In this document: one piece after another, positions 1-18,967 of the stretch
How positions within the stretch are numbered: position 1 is the stretch's first letter
Layout: each line of letters begins with the position of its first letter
Assembly (NCBI GenBank): GCA_000320545.1
Contig: ADNK01000135.1
Location: forward strand, 93,611 to 157,610
DNA length: 64,000 nt
Direction: 5' to 3'
From: Bigelowiella natans CCMP2755
Lineage: Eukaryota; Protista; Cercozoa
Made by a program: the position numbers and the translations under genes
Notes under the pieces: model-generated
Database searches by the model: none
Told to the model about the DNA's origin: nothing
What the model saw: only the letters and a program-made list of their open reading frames with translations

Positions 1-64
1 ATATGCAGGATGCTACTAGCTAAATTTTCCCTCCCCCCCTCCCTTTCTTATGCCTCACCCACAG

Positions 65-1214
65 GACGGAGTGAAAACTGAGGCTCTACGCACGCTGACG
101 ATGATAAAGAGCTTGGTTGAGAGCAGACTCGACGTTAGTCAGTTCCGGAGCATCGATGATAGGAAGCAAAGACTACGTAATGCTATTAGACCGGAGGAAA
201 GCGGGGGGGGAGGGGTGGGGGGTTAGTTATTTCCCATAATTTATATTAATGATGCTTTTCATCATTTAGGGTTGGAAAGAAAGCGAGCTTACAGCTTTGT
301 CTACTCTGAGATGATGTTTTGGATGGTGACAGCATTGTGCGCCACCACCACCACCACCAACAGCAGCGAAAACGACAACGATGACGAGTCTATATTGCCA
401 TTAGCTGATGCACCGAAGCCTGCTCTATCCTACATCTTAAGCATAGCCCAGAAATTTGACTTTGACAACAATCTACTGAAAGAAGAGGTGATCCTACCGC
501 AACTGCTTTCTCTCCTCCTCCTGCTACTTCTACTACTACCATCACTACTGCTACTACTACTTCTACAACTAAATACTTCCAATAGTACGTTTATCTTTTC
601 ATGAAATTATTCAGATTGTACCAGAAAAAGAGGGCATGGAGGAATGGAAGGACAGGGGCAAGTCTCTAGAGTCGTTTGGAGATATCCGCACGGAGGAGGA
701 GGAGGAAGAGGAGGAGGAGGAAGAGTCTTCGGACTCTGACGATGACAACGATGTTACCTATGAACGATTTTCTGCTGAGAAGGTGGTATGGGGTTGGGGG
801 GGGGGGGGGGGCAGTAGCAGAATGGGTGATTGCAACAGCGCAGTGGTCATGTTGTGGCTTTTTAAAATATATTCTGATGTGTCGTTTGAAGGTAGGAGAG
901 GAGCAGAGCAGCAGCCATGAACAACATTGTGTGCTGCAATGTCGAATTGCTTCTTTTACTTTCTGCTGCTGGCCTCATTCATTTCCAACTTATACAATAC
1001 GTGTATATAGATTCCATGCCCGTGGCAAATAGTGTTGCAGCGCCTATCAGGATTCTCCAGCCAAGACAGCATGAAATATGAGCTTGAGGACTTCACCTAC
1101 CATTCCTACTGCGACTACACGTTTAAAGGTGTAGTAGCAATGATTAGCTGAAATCTATATCGTATCATTTCGAGATATTGCACACACTAAAGACAATGGG
1201 GGGTCTTATTCAAG

Positions 1215-1246
<32 letters not shown>

Positions 1247-1626
1247 ATACATACACACACGCACACAGAGCATGCACTTTCTTCTTTCTATGTGCTCACA
1301 CGCCGTCGTCCTCTAGAACATCTGGAGAAGGCTGCAGCTTTCGAGGCATTCAGCAATCTCTCATCTTACGATGACACTGTACGCTCCGCCAACCCTCTTC
1401 TGGCGCTCTGCTATATCAACAACACGTAAGAAAATGGTTGCTGCCATGTGTTCTATTTGCTCTTTATTCTCGATCGTGCTGCTTCTTCTGCTCCCAAGAG
1501 CACGGCGATGTGGATATAATTTGAGTATCACTCTTATACGAGCAGAGAGACTGTTGCATATCAGCTGCATCGTTGCGTATGCAACTTCTGTACTGTGTTG
1601 TCGTCATTTGTGTGAATCTAGAAGTG

Positions 1627-1661
<35 letters not shown>

Positions 1662-2067
1662 ATAATTGCAAATTCCTAATGACTCTCTCCCTCCTTCTCC
1701 TCCTCCTCCTCCTCCTCCTCCTTCTCCCCTGCACCTGTTGGTGATGTGCGCGCATGGCAAATAACATTTACATACGGGTAACAAAGCACGGAGGTGGCAC
1801 TTGAGCTGTGTCGCGAGCTTGAAAAGCGGCGGCGCTGGTTGTTTTTCCAATATATCAAGGACGAAAAGCAAGCCTTAAACTTCCTACGCGAATCGCCACG
1901 GCTTTCAGAGTCTAATTTCACGATGATGGCTAGAATTTATGCCAAAAACGTATTTCACTCTCCCCTAATCCTCCCCCCCCCCCCCTCCTTTATTTCCACC
2001 CGCTTGGCTGCTCTTAATGTTTGTTATTGGCGAATATTTTAATAGAACCTTGCTCCCTTTACTACTG

Positions 2068-2100
<33 letters not shown>

Positions 2101-2251
2101 GTGTGGCCATTACCATAAGCTAGCAATAACAACAACAAATACATACACACGCACACACTCACACATGCATTCAGGGCTACTTTAGGAGTGCTAGGAAGAT
2201 TATTCAAGAAATGAAGCATTGGTAAGTAGAAGTAGGAGAAGTATAACACAC

Positions 2252-2295
<44 letters not shown>

Positions 2296-3587
2296 GGAGA
2301 GAAGATAGGAATTAGGTATTGATGATCATGGAAGCAGAGAGTGTTCTGTTTTTACAATGATAAGAGACAACAAGATATGATGATGACAATGATGATAATG
2401 ATGATGACAGTGGTGGCGGTGGTGGTGACGACGACGATAATGTGATGAAGTAGGGGCAGATAAATAGAGTAGAGAAGAAGTAGGATGCAAAGGAGGAAAG
2501 CAGCAAATGAAAACACGACTAAAATGTTGCCCTAGTGAAGTTGATTTGTATCTTGATCGTGATATGGCTGATAATCAATACAGGAAGATGCACGTGTCCC
2601 CGCTAATACACCAGGATGCAATGGCGGCACTCGTTCGAATCGGCGAGACCTGTAATACGACGACGAATAATTGACGTTTTTGGTGGTTTTGCCAACGTCG
2701 CAGTAGAGAGCTAGAACATGGAATTGCTTTCAAACACATCTCCTCCTTCTCCTCTTTTTCTTTGATATATGTGCCTATTTACTTACCCATTACAGTGATA
2801 CATGTAGTGGTAGTAGTTGTGGCAAAGGTGACATGCTTTGCAGTTTTCACGTACTTGATACGTGTTTGTCATCTTTTCTCTTAATCTCTTCCATCATTCT
2901 TTGCTGCGTATCGTCCTTTCTCTCTCTTTCTCTTTCTCCCCCCCCCCCTCTCTCCATCTTCTCCTATCGTAGGTTCGATAAGGAGTTCCCCTTGGATTTT
3001 GGAGCTAGCCAACAACGTAATACACAGCAGAACCTTTAGCGATCAAATTGATTTGAAGAAGGAACATCGAAAAAACAACATTTTACAGCTTCTCTAAAGC
3101 ACATCCGTCATCATCGTCATCATCATCATAGCATCATCGTTGTCGTGTTGTTGTTGATGTTGTTATTGTTGTATTCATGATGAACCATATATGCATACTC
3201 TGTACGGATATATCTAGTATTGCCAAGAGGACGAAGAAGCATCATCCATGTTGTCGCTAGCTCTACTCAGAGAGCTACATCTAACGGTATTGTTGATGAT
3301 GACGGGACGCACATAAGAGTGTATAGATAGAGGAGATCAATGCGTACGGCGAAACATGATTCTCGTGTCCTATATTCCTTCCACCCAAGTGTTTAATTGC
3401 ATTCATTCTAACACAGAAGCTCCTCCACCGCTTTTGCGTACAATTCTAAAGCCGTCCTACGTGTCATTTCCCTTACTTTTTCACATTTCCCCTTCTCTTT
3501 CATGTATGTAAATGTATGTATATATGTATGTATGCAGCGGCTGCTGCAGAATGCCAGCGATGCTCTGATGAAAGGTAAATGCACTAA

Positions 3588-3657
<70 letters not shown>

Positions 3658-4532
3658 CTAGAGAGAGAGAAAGAGAGATACAGAGATATGAAGGGGTTTA
3701 ACTCTACATCCTCGCAGCGGATTCCTCATCGAAGTTGACAGCAACGACTGTATTCACAACGTTAAAACCACAGATATTGGGGAGAGGAAATTGGACTTCT
3801 TGGCACAGAAGCAACCCCAAAACATGACGATTCTACACCTCCTCCTGCGTGCTCAAGAATTGATGAATCAGCATCATCGGGGAGCAGCTAGAAAAGAGCA
3901 CGTCAAGCACCCCGTCTCTGCCTCCTCCTCCTCCTCCTTTTGCCCTTATCTCCGGGAGGAAAGTGATGAAGGCTTTGATTTCGAGGGCGGGGGAGGCGAG
4001 CAGATCGACGACGATGAGGATGATGAATCAGCTTTATATCGTACTATACTAATAGTAACAGCAGCACACTACACGCATTTTGAAGGATTTGAATGATTTA
4101 ATTATGTTAAAGCAGCTATGTCTGTAGAGTGGCGTGACACGATGATATGTGGAAATGCGTTGATAACGAATAGCCTTGAAGGAGAACACAAGTGACGGAT
4201 ACTCTCTCCTCCGAGAAGAAGAGGAAGCTAAATTGAAAGAGAATGCTGCGAGGAGGAGGAGTAGGAGGAGGAGGAGAAGGCAGAGCGGCCACAATTCAAG
4301 ATCAAATCTGGCGGGTAGAATTCGTGCTTGTGATTAGTTATCTTGTTGTGTGTAGTGTCCCTCCTCACCACCACATTCTTCTGTGCGTTGTTGTTCTTCT
4401 TCTTGTTGTTTTTGTTGTTGTTGTTGTTGTTGTTGTTGTCTAGGATGCTTCGCAAACGAGTTTAGACTGAGGTTTTTGTTTCTACTGGAAAAGATATTGA
4501 TACTTCAGAAGGTCATGATAATACTATTTACT

Positions 4533-4606
<74 letters not shown>

Positions 4607-5733
4607 TTTCTTCTTGTGTAGAAGATATGATTATATGAATGAGCACAGTGTTTTTGTGAGAGAACTAATTCCGCCCCTTCTCTTTCCTCTCTCCTTTGCT
4701 CCTCCTCTTTCTGCGTGGTTGTATGGCATGTGTGCGGGTGTCAAATATGCAGAAAGTTGGCGCTGATGAAATTCGAAAAGCGAGTATAGCAGCCATCGCA
4801 GACAAGTAAGAGAAGAAGGAGAACAAAATTGCTATAGCCCTTCCCCCTCCTTATCATGTTTACATATATAGCTGTATTCTTTTAAGACACAAAGGCCAAG
4901 TTGCTGATGCATCCTCCTGTGTACACCTGTCCTTGCTTTACGCGTGAATGTATTGGAGGGGGGGGGGGATATGCTTTTTCATCAGTGTAGCTCCATCGTC
5001 GTTACTGTTGTTGTTGTTGTTGTTGTTCTAATACGGTGAGCAGCGAATTTCATCAAACCCCCATTGAAATAGCCAAATCTATGGTGAAGGCTGTGAAGGT
5101 CGGCAGTCTTTTTTGCCTCTAATTTTATCAAGGACTAGTTGCGCCAAAGCAGCCTCAGATATGTATTATTATCATCCCCATACAACATGCATATACTGTA
5201 TATATATGTAGTACCGTGGAGGGTGGTTACGTCGAGTATACTAGCGTGTTTGTGTGTATGTATGTGTTGATCTTGGTGTATCTTCGAGCAATAAAGATAT
5301 ACGAAACTGCGTTGTAAGTTGATTTTATTAATACAGAATGGTACTCCCTCGGAAAGGCAACGAAAACAATTTCTTAGGGTCATCACAAAGACCTTTCTCA
5401 GTCCGAAGCACGAGGCTTTAGGCGTTGGAATGGGCGAGCACTACAAGGATGGCTCGGGTGCAGCAGTCGCTGCTGCTGTGAATTTATATGAAGGCCTTTG
5501 CCGGGAGAGAAATCTCTGACGTAACGTTCTAATAATGATTGCTCATTAGCAACCGTCTCCCTGACAATTCTCTATGCGCACAGGGACGAGGTGACAGACG
5601 TGCTTTCAGCCTACCTTCAACTGGGGGCAGAAGGGAGAAGGTGGCCGATTGTGCAAGAAACCTATGCTGATGATGGGGGGTGGGGGGGGGGATGGAAAAT
5701 AGAGAAAACGAGGGTGGGAATGAATAATAACAA

Positions 5734-5764
<31 letters not shown>

Positions 5765-6649
5765 AAGGTCATCATTCGCTATAGCAGCAGCATGCAAGAT
5801 CCGTAGCGTTCTTGATTCATTAATTTATGTGTTGTTATCGGTGTCTCATGGTTTTCCCTCATTTTTTGGACGATTTTCCTCACTCTCTCCAGTGAAAAGG
5901 ACGATGGGGCTGCGTGGGTAATGATTCTGCTAATTTCACCACCAACTCACACACACACACACACACAGACATTACGAACACGATGCACATATGAATAACA
6001 ACGGCAGTGAGTGTGATGACAGTACACTATGCTCGGTGTCCCTTGATGGTCTCTGTTTGTGTTTTAGCTCTGTTTGAGGCGAACGCAGTATACTCGCTAC
6101 CATCAGTCCGGAGTCGTCGGAAATGACAACAACAATAGCTTGAGAAACGAAACAGAAAATGGAAAGACGAGGAGGCGAAGACCACGGTACACACGCCTTT
6201 TGATCGCTCTCAGGAGGAAAGCTCGAAGTATTGTCGATCTCCCATTGAACATAAACAAGAACGACTACTCTCCTCCGCTATCCAACGTAAGTTCCAATCT
6301 GAACAAACGCTGTTAATACCGGGCAATGACAGCGTAACGTGACCTGCTACTCGCTGCTGCTGCGACGGTATATCCATCACCGCAGGTGCTCTTGCTAAAG
6401 GAACGACTAAGTCCTGATAAATCGTGCAAGGAATTAGCAGCATTTCTTAAGAGGACAGGGTTTCAGAAGGATCTCTGTGAGGTAGTTCCGGTATCAATAG
6501 TTGCAGTTACAGATGCAGTAGTAGTAGTAGTAGTAGTAGTAGTCGTAGTAGTAGTAGTAGTTGTAGTATTCACGGCGTTGTCGCCAACAAAGATGAAGAA
6601 CAACAACCTAAACTTTTCTAAATGAACGATGTGATCTGTAATAGAGCAC

Positions 6650-6686
<37 letters not shown>

Positions 6687-6689
6687 TGT

Positions 6690-6730
<41 letters not shown>

Positions 6731-7982
6731 TGCGTGTGTGTGTTATCTTGACGTATTGATACATTTGCATGATGTGTTTCTCATTCTCCAGCTTCCCCAT
6801 CTCCCCCTCCTCTTCCTCCTCGTCATCATGATGATCACTTTCCACCATATCCTCCCCCTCCCCCCCCTACTAACACCTTAATATCCTGCAGAGCGTCATA
6901 TCTGCAAGATTCCACTGTCTGGATTTGATGAGAATCACTCAAATGCGGGACGCGCTGAAAATCTGTGCGTAATAAACGCTATTTATGTGCGATCTAGAGA
7001 GTAATAGGTTCTGTGTAGGAGGTGCGATTGTACCCAGCAATGCATGTGTTTTAGGCTGATGGTTGCGCCTTATCATTTATCAATATTTCTTGCCCTTCTC
7101 TCTCCTCCAGGCGGTGGAGATCGTACAAAGGCACACAAGCTATTGTGTATTGTATACACTCTCCTTACTGAGCGACGAGGCAGCAGCAGCGATATGGACA
7201 ATATAGAGAATGGGCCTGCATATGGGGAGAGATATCGAATCTCCTCGCGTAACAAGGAGTGGTATATCCGGAGGCACAAGGTCGTCGTTGTGTCTTCTGG
7301 CTTTGTCGGCCATTGCTCTTTCGAAAGCGTTTGTTATAACCGCACTTCCTATCACATCAATTTAGGAGGAGGAAGAGGATGAGGAGGAGAAGCTCAACGA
7401 AGGAATGTAATATATGGAAAGAAGGAGAAAAGGGGGGGGATGAGAAATGTTGGCCAAAATACGATGAGAGAATAGACTTCAGGCTAGAATCTCTTCTGCT
7501 CCTCCTGTCATCATTTATGAATAAATATTCACAGAGACTAATACACCATTATTTGCTTTAAGTTGATATATGCCGTGTGTTTGATCTGGTGCGTAATCTG
7601 CTTACTGCGACAGGGGTTATGACGACTCGCAGAGTGAAGGACATTCAGCAGAAGAGGAGAAGGAGGGAGACTTGGAGGAGAATAAATTGACAAGTAGTAA
7701 ATGAGTACATGCAAAGCCTACGAAACAACACAAAGCTGCAGCTGTCGCATAAATACCTGCTGTCAATATATGTTTTTTGGACCACTGGTGTGTAATTATT
7801 TTCCCTTTGCTGCTGCAGGCTTTGTGTACTCCTCCTCCTCAAGATTTGACAGAGAGAATTACGGGCTTGGCGAGGCTATAAAGGAGGATGAGCAGGAGGA
7901 GGAGGACTGCGAAAACTTCCGAGTTTTGAGGGATCTGATTTCCAGGGATATTATCAAGGTCTAGAGAATAGGATAGAGAAAT

Positions 7983-8022
<40 letters not shown>

Positions 8023-8070
8023 CGGCTGTTTGGAGGGGAGGGAGAACTAGAAAATATTTCGATGTACTCT

Positions 8071-8112
<42 letters not shown>

Positions 8113-8250
8113 ATGTCCGTCGCTCTACATCCTCCTCCACTTCGATAGTTGCAGTCAATGTGGTAGGGAGGGGGTGGGTTTCATTCACAAATTGACTACT
8201 TTTGGTCAGTCATACCTGTCCATCGAAAGATTATATACATTTATGCGCGC

Positions 8251-8323
<73 letters not shown>

Positions 8324-10044
8324 CAGGTTCGTAAGCAGTTCCCAGAATGGTTTCTAACCTTCAATTTTCAGTCGCGAAAAGAAATAGACGATGGCGCTAA
8401 GACTGCCCAAGATCGTATTGATGAAGCGGCTATCGACGAGCAACTCTCGATGTCACAAATGCAGGATTCTCCTTTGTCTTCAACAGGAATGAACATAGCA
8501 ATGTCGCATATCCCTTCGAGCGGTTGTAGCGTTAGATATAGTATAAAAAAGAAGAGGAAACACTTTCCTCCCAAAGATGATTGCCACGTCATCTCATCAG
8601 CATTAGAGATTCTCATGATGCGATCATTTCGTCAACGTTACGACATGCTATTCTACTACCATAAATGCTTGTAAGCTTCCTTACTCTTCTTTGTGGTGTT
8701 TCTCTATTGCTTCATTTAGTTACCGAACCATATTTCCATACTACCACTGTTAATGATGGAATTGATCTAAAGTAATATAAGGAGGGGAAGGAGCAATATC
8801 ATAGAAAGCCAAATACGCGACCACCACCACCATTATCATCACCATCATCATCATCATCACCATCATTATCTCAACTGCCATTCCAGTAAAAGGAGCAACT
8901 TGACCACTACCAAATCACAACAACGCATAAGTTTCCTTTGAATATATGAATGTGTGCACCTCTTCACTACTGTGGCCACGCTGCTGCTGTGATGATACTC
9001 TTTATTTATATGAAGGCACCCATTTGAATATAAAGCTAATACGAAGAAGCCTGATGATCAATTCGCGATCAATAAGATATTCCTCCGCTTTGCCAAGGAG
9101 AGAACGCCGGATGCAAATATCTTCCTCTACGAAATAAATGTGTGCTTATGCGTGTGTGCAACTATGTATATCCACGAGCATTAGTGCACGTGTGACTGCT
9201 CTCTATCTTTTTCTACACATTCACCATCTGTATCGAAATACATTTGTAATGCGTGCTCCTCTTTGCAGCTTTCTAGCATGTAACAACTCAAACGACATTC
9301 AGGTACTGGATACCGTTCCGGTCACCAAAAAGCTGAAAGAAGTAGAGCATCAAACTCTGCAATCTAAAGGGAAAAAGTCCACCAAACAGAAGAAGCTTTG
9401 GTGCTGCAGTAGCGGCGACGAGGAGGAAGTCAAAAGCCAGAATACTCCTGATCCAAACCCGACAACAACTGGGAAGAAACTCAGGAAGATGCGAGTTGAA
9501 TCGAGCACCCACGACGACAAAAAGTCCAAGTTTATATTTGAAAACCACATCATTGAATTCGGAGAGGGTAGGTGGATTAAGAATGTAGTGATGGCTCTTC
9601 ATGGCAGGAATGGCACGGATATTGGAAGCGCTTACGATTGTCAGAGCGGCTATACCGTCACTAGCCTCCGCTTTCAAACTGGGGGGCCAGACGAAGACAA
9701 ATTTGCAGACGGCAATAGATGGTAAGATGCAGCAATTAATGATGAGCACTAAACCCAACCGAGATCTTTATTTTATATATCATCGCAACAGCATCCTCAT
9801 ATGACTATGGGGGCTACTACTGAACTTTTTATCATCCTCCAGGTTTGGAAAGAAGCCTATCGAGCCAGCAGTATCCATCGACATTGGCGAGACTTTATCC
9901 TCGGGGAAGAAACCTTACACAATAGCAGCTGTGGTCGGTCTGAGTGGCCAAAAGTCGAAGCATCATGGAGTTACAGTACTGGTATGGAAGATTAGGGAAT
10001 TTAACAACAAATTAGGAAATACATCGTTCAATATGGCGAAATGA
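65..10044 (+). CDS. Large multi-exon protein of unknown function (5' end outside window; may be more than one gene)
   Basis: More than 20 short AG..GT-bounded coding-like segments between SSR-rich introns (e.g. LADAPKPALSYILSIAQKFDFDNNLLKEE; ELCRELEKRRRWLFFQYIKDEKQALNFLRE; VRKQFPEWFLTFNFQSRKE...). The last exon 9843-10044 splices in frame (NRW|FGKKPIEP...NMAK*, TGA 10042-10044). No family motif recognised. Confidence 0.6.
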
Positions 10045-12058
10045 AACAGTAGCTCAGAGTATAGCATGAGAACGTTAAGTGCGTTCGACACAGCAGCAAT
10101 GAAATTATATTGCTAGAGTGATCTAAATGCTCGCCTACGTTTCAAATTATTGAGAAAATAAATTACGTATATGTGTCAGCAGCATAGAATATATATGAGT
10201 TTGTCATTGGTTATAGCTGCGTCGCGATCTTGCTATCATGTGCCACGACATGAAGGTTTATGCCTTTTTGAAGTATTCTGTTGATATAGCCTTAAGAGAT
10301 GTGACAACCATAATGCTCATAATTATAGCGTTATAGTGTACGATTGTCAAAACGTGTTCGTAGTAGCACAACATGCTGTACGTATGACCACCTATGCCTT
10401 CGGTGTGAATAAAGGTAATGCTTTTGTCAGATGTGGCGATGCTATGATGCCTGAGTGACATGAATTATCATGATAAATTTACTGCATGGACACATTTCTG
10501 GACGCATGGATTTGGTTTAAGCTCCGGATTTAGTCATTGTTTAGTACAGCTAGCTAGCTAGAGAGCGACGTGAGAGTGTGGGGCTAAATGGAATATGAGC
10601 GTGTGCATCGTATACAATGTACCTTAATGCAAATGTGTGTGTGTGCGTAAAGTACACATGCTGAATAGTTGCACAAAATTTCAAATATCTCCATTTAGCT
10701 TTGTAATGAAAACATTTTGATCATTATAGCGTGATGATAACTCATTTTCTATGCACAATCTCTCTTTTCATCATCGATGCCTTTTTACATCATCGGCCAT
10801 ATTCGTCCTTAAGATTGACCGCTGGTGCACACGGCGGATACTATTTTCCCTCACTTCGGCTGACTATGGAGGTGGGGGGCTTTGTTTAGCAATGGCAGTG
10901 TCATTTCTTGGAGCAAAATTCGATCGGGGCCTCTCGCCTTGAAAAGGCTCTTGCTGAGTGCTGTCTCGATGCCCCTAGTTATCTATTCCACTGTAGATGC
11001 GATAGTCGAATTGGAAACACTTAAGGTAGAAAAGTAGTCAGCCTACACTGTGCAATGTTCTGAGAATGACTCGCATGTATGACATGTGAACATTGCATCA
11101 TGTTAAAATAAGGGGGGGGGGGGGTTGGAGGGGGTGGAGGGATTAAAATCCATGTTTATGTTTATAACTTCGAATGTGAAGTCTAATAAACCAAGCACAT
11201 AGGTGCATGGCACAACGCCATGAGTTCTGCCGTGGCGCTAATGAAATGAGCACCCATCTTTCTGATGAGCATCTTTCTGCTACCCGTGAAAATTCGACAT
11301 CATCGACGAGCATGAAAACACATGATATTTTTGTCCTGCGACATGGAAAAACTGCTGTCCGTCTCAGTCGCACTCAGACGGTAGATCTAGTGGTTTGAAT
11401 TTTCACGATATTTCCCGTACGATGTGCAGAGTTCCTGGAACTTTCTTGGTAGAAAACTGCTGCTGCTGTCTGTCCGACCTCCTCGTGTTCGGATTCACGG
11501 AAGATAAGAAAAGCCGTGCTTTAGCTTGCATGAATGCACTCATTTCAGGTTTTTTTCGTGAAAATGATGCAATTTGCACTGGATATTTGTAGTGCGACAA
11601 AGGTGACAATTGTACTTGTAAGACATAAATAGCTACGAGACTTCACTGCCTTCTCCTCCCGGCTTTGAGATCGGCAGAGGCAGGACAGTTTTCAAATGGA
11701 AGGGCTCTGTGGACCAGGTTAGATCAACCCGCTTCTCGCCTTGCTTACATACTCTCTTGGTTGACGAAAAGTCCTTATTTTTTTCTGCTGAACAGGAGGT
11801 AGGGAAGGGCACTTCATTTCTGAATGCCTGCTCCACGTAATTGCAGGGGTAGCTGGTTTAGCTGTATCCATAGTAGCTGTGCTACGACATAGATGCCACT
11901 GTTGTGGCTGTACTGATGGGACAGAGAGCATTGCAGAAAGATACTCTTCAGAAGATCTGAAAAACCCATTGAACATCGGGTCGGACCCCCTCAACATTCA
12001 GCAGGTCGCAGCGGGGAAGTCCAGAACGAATGATCGGAGGGGGGGTGCACAACCTCAC

Positions 12059-18967
<6,909 letters not shown>

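Noticed and set aside
1178-8300. Many ORF-track peptides with poly-HT, CV, YI, RE, L or S runs
   Set aside because: Translations of intronic microsatellites.
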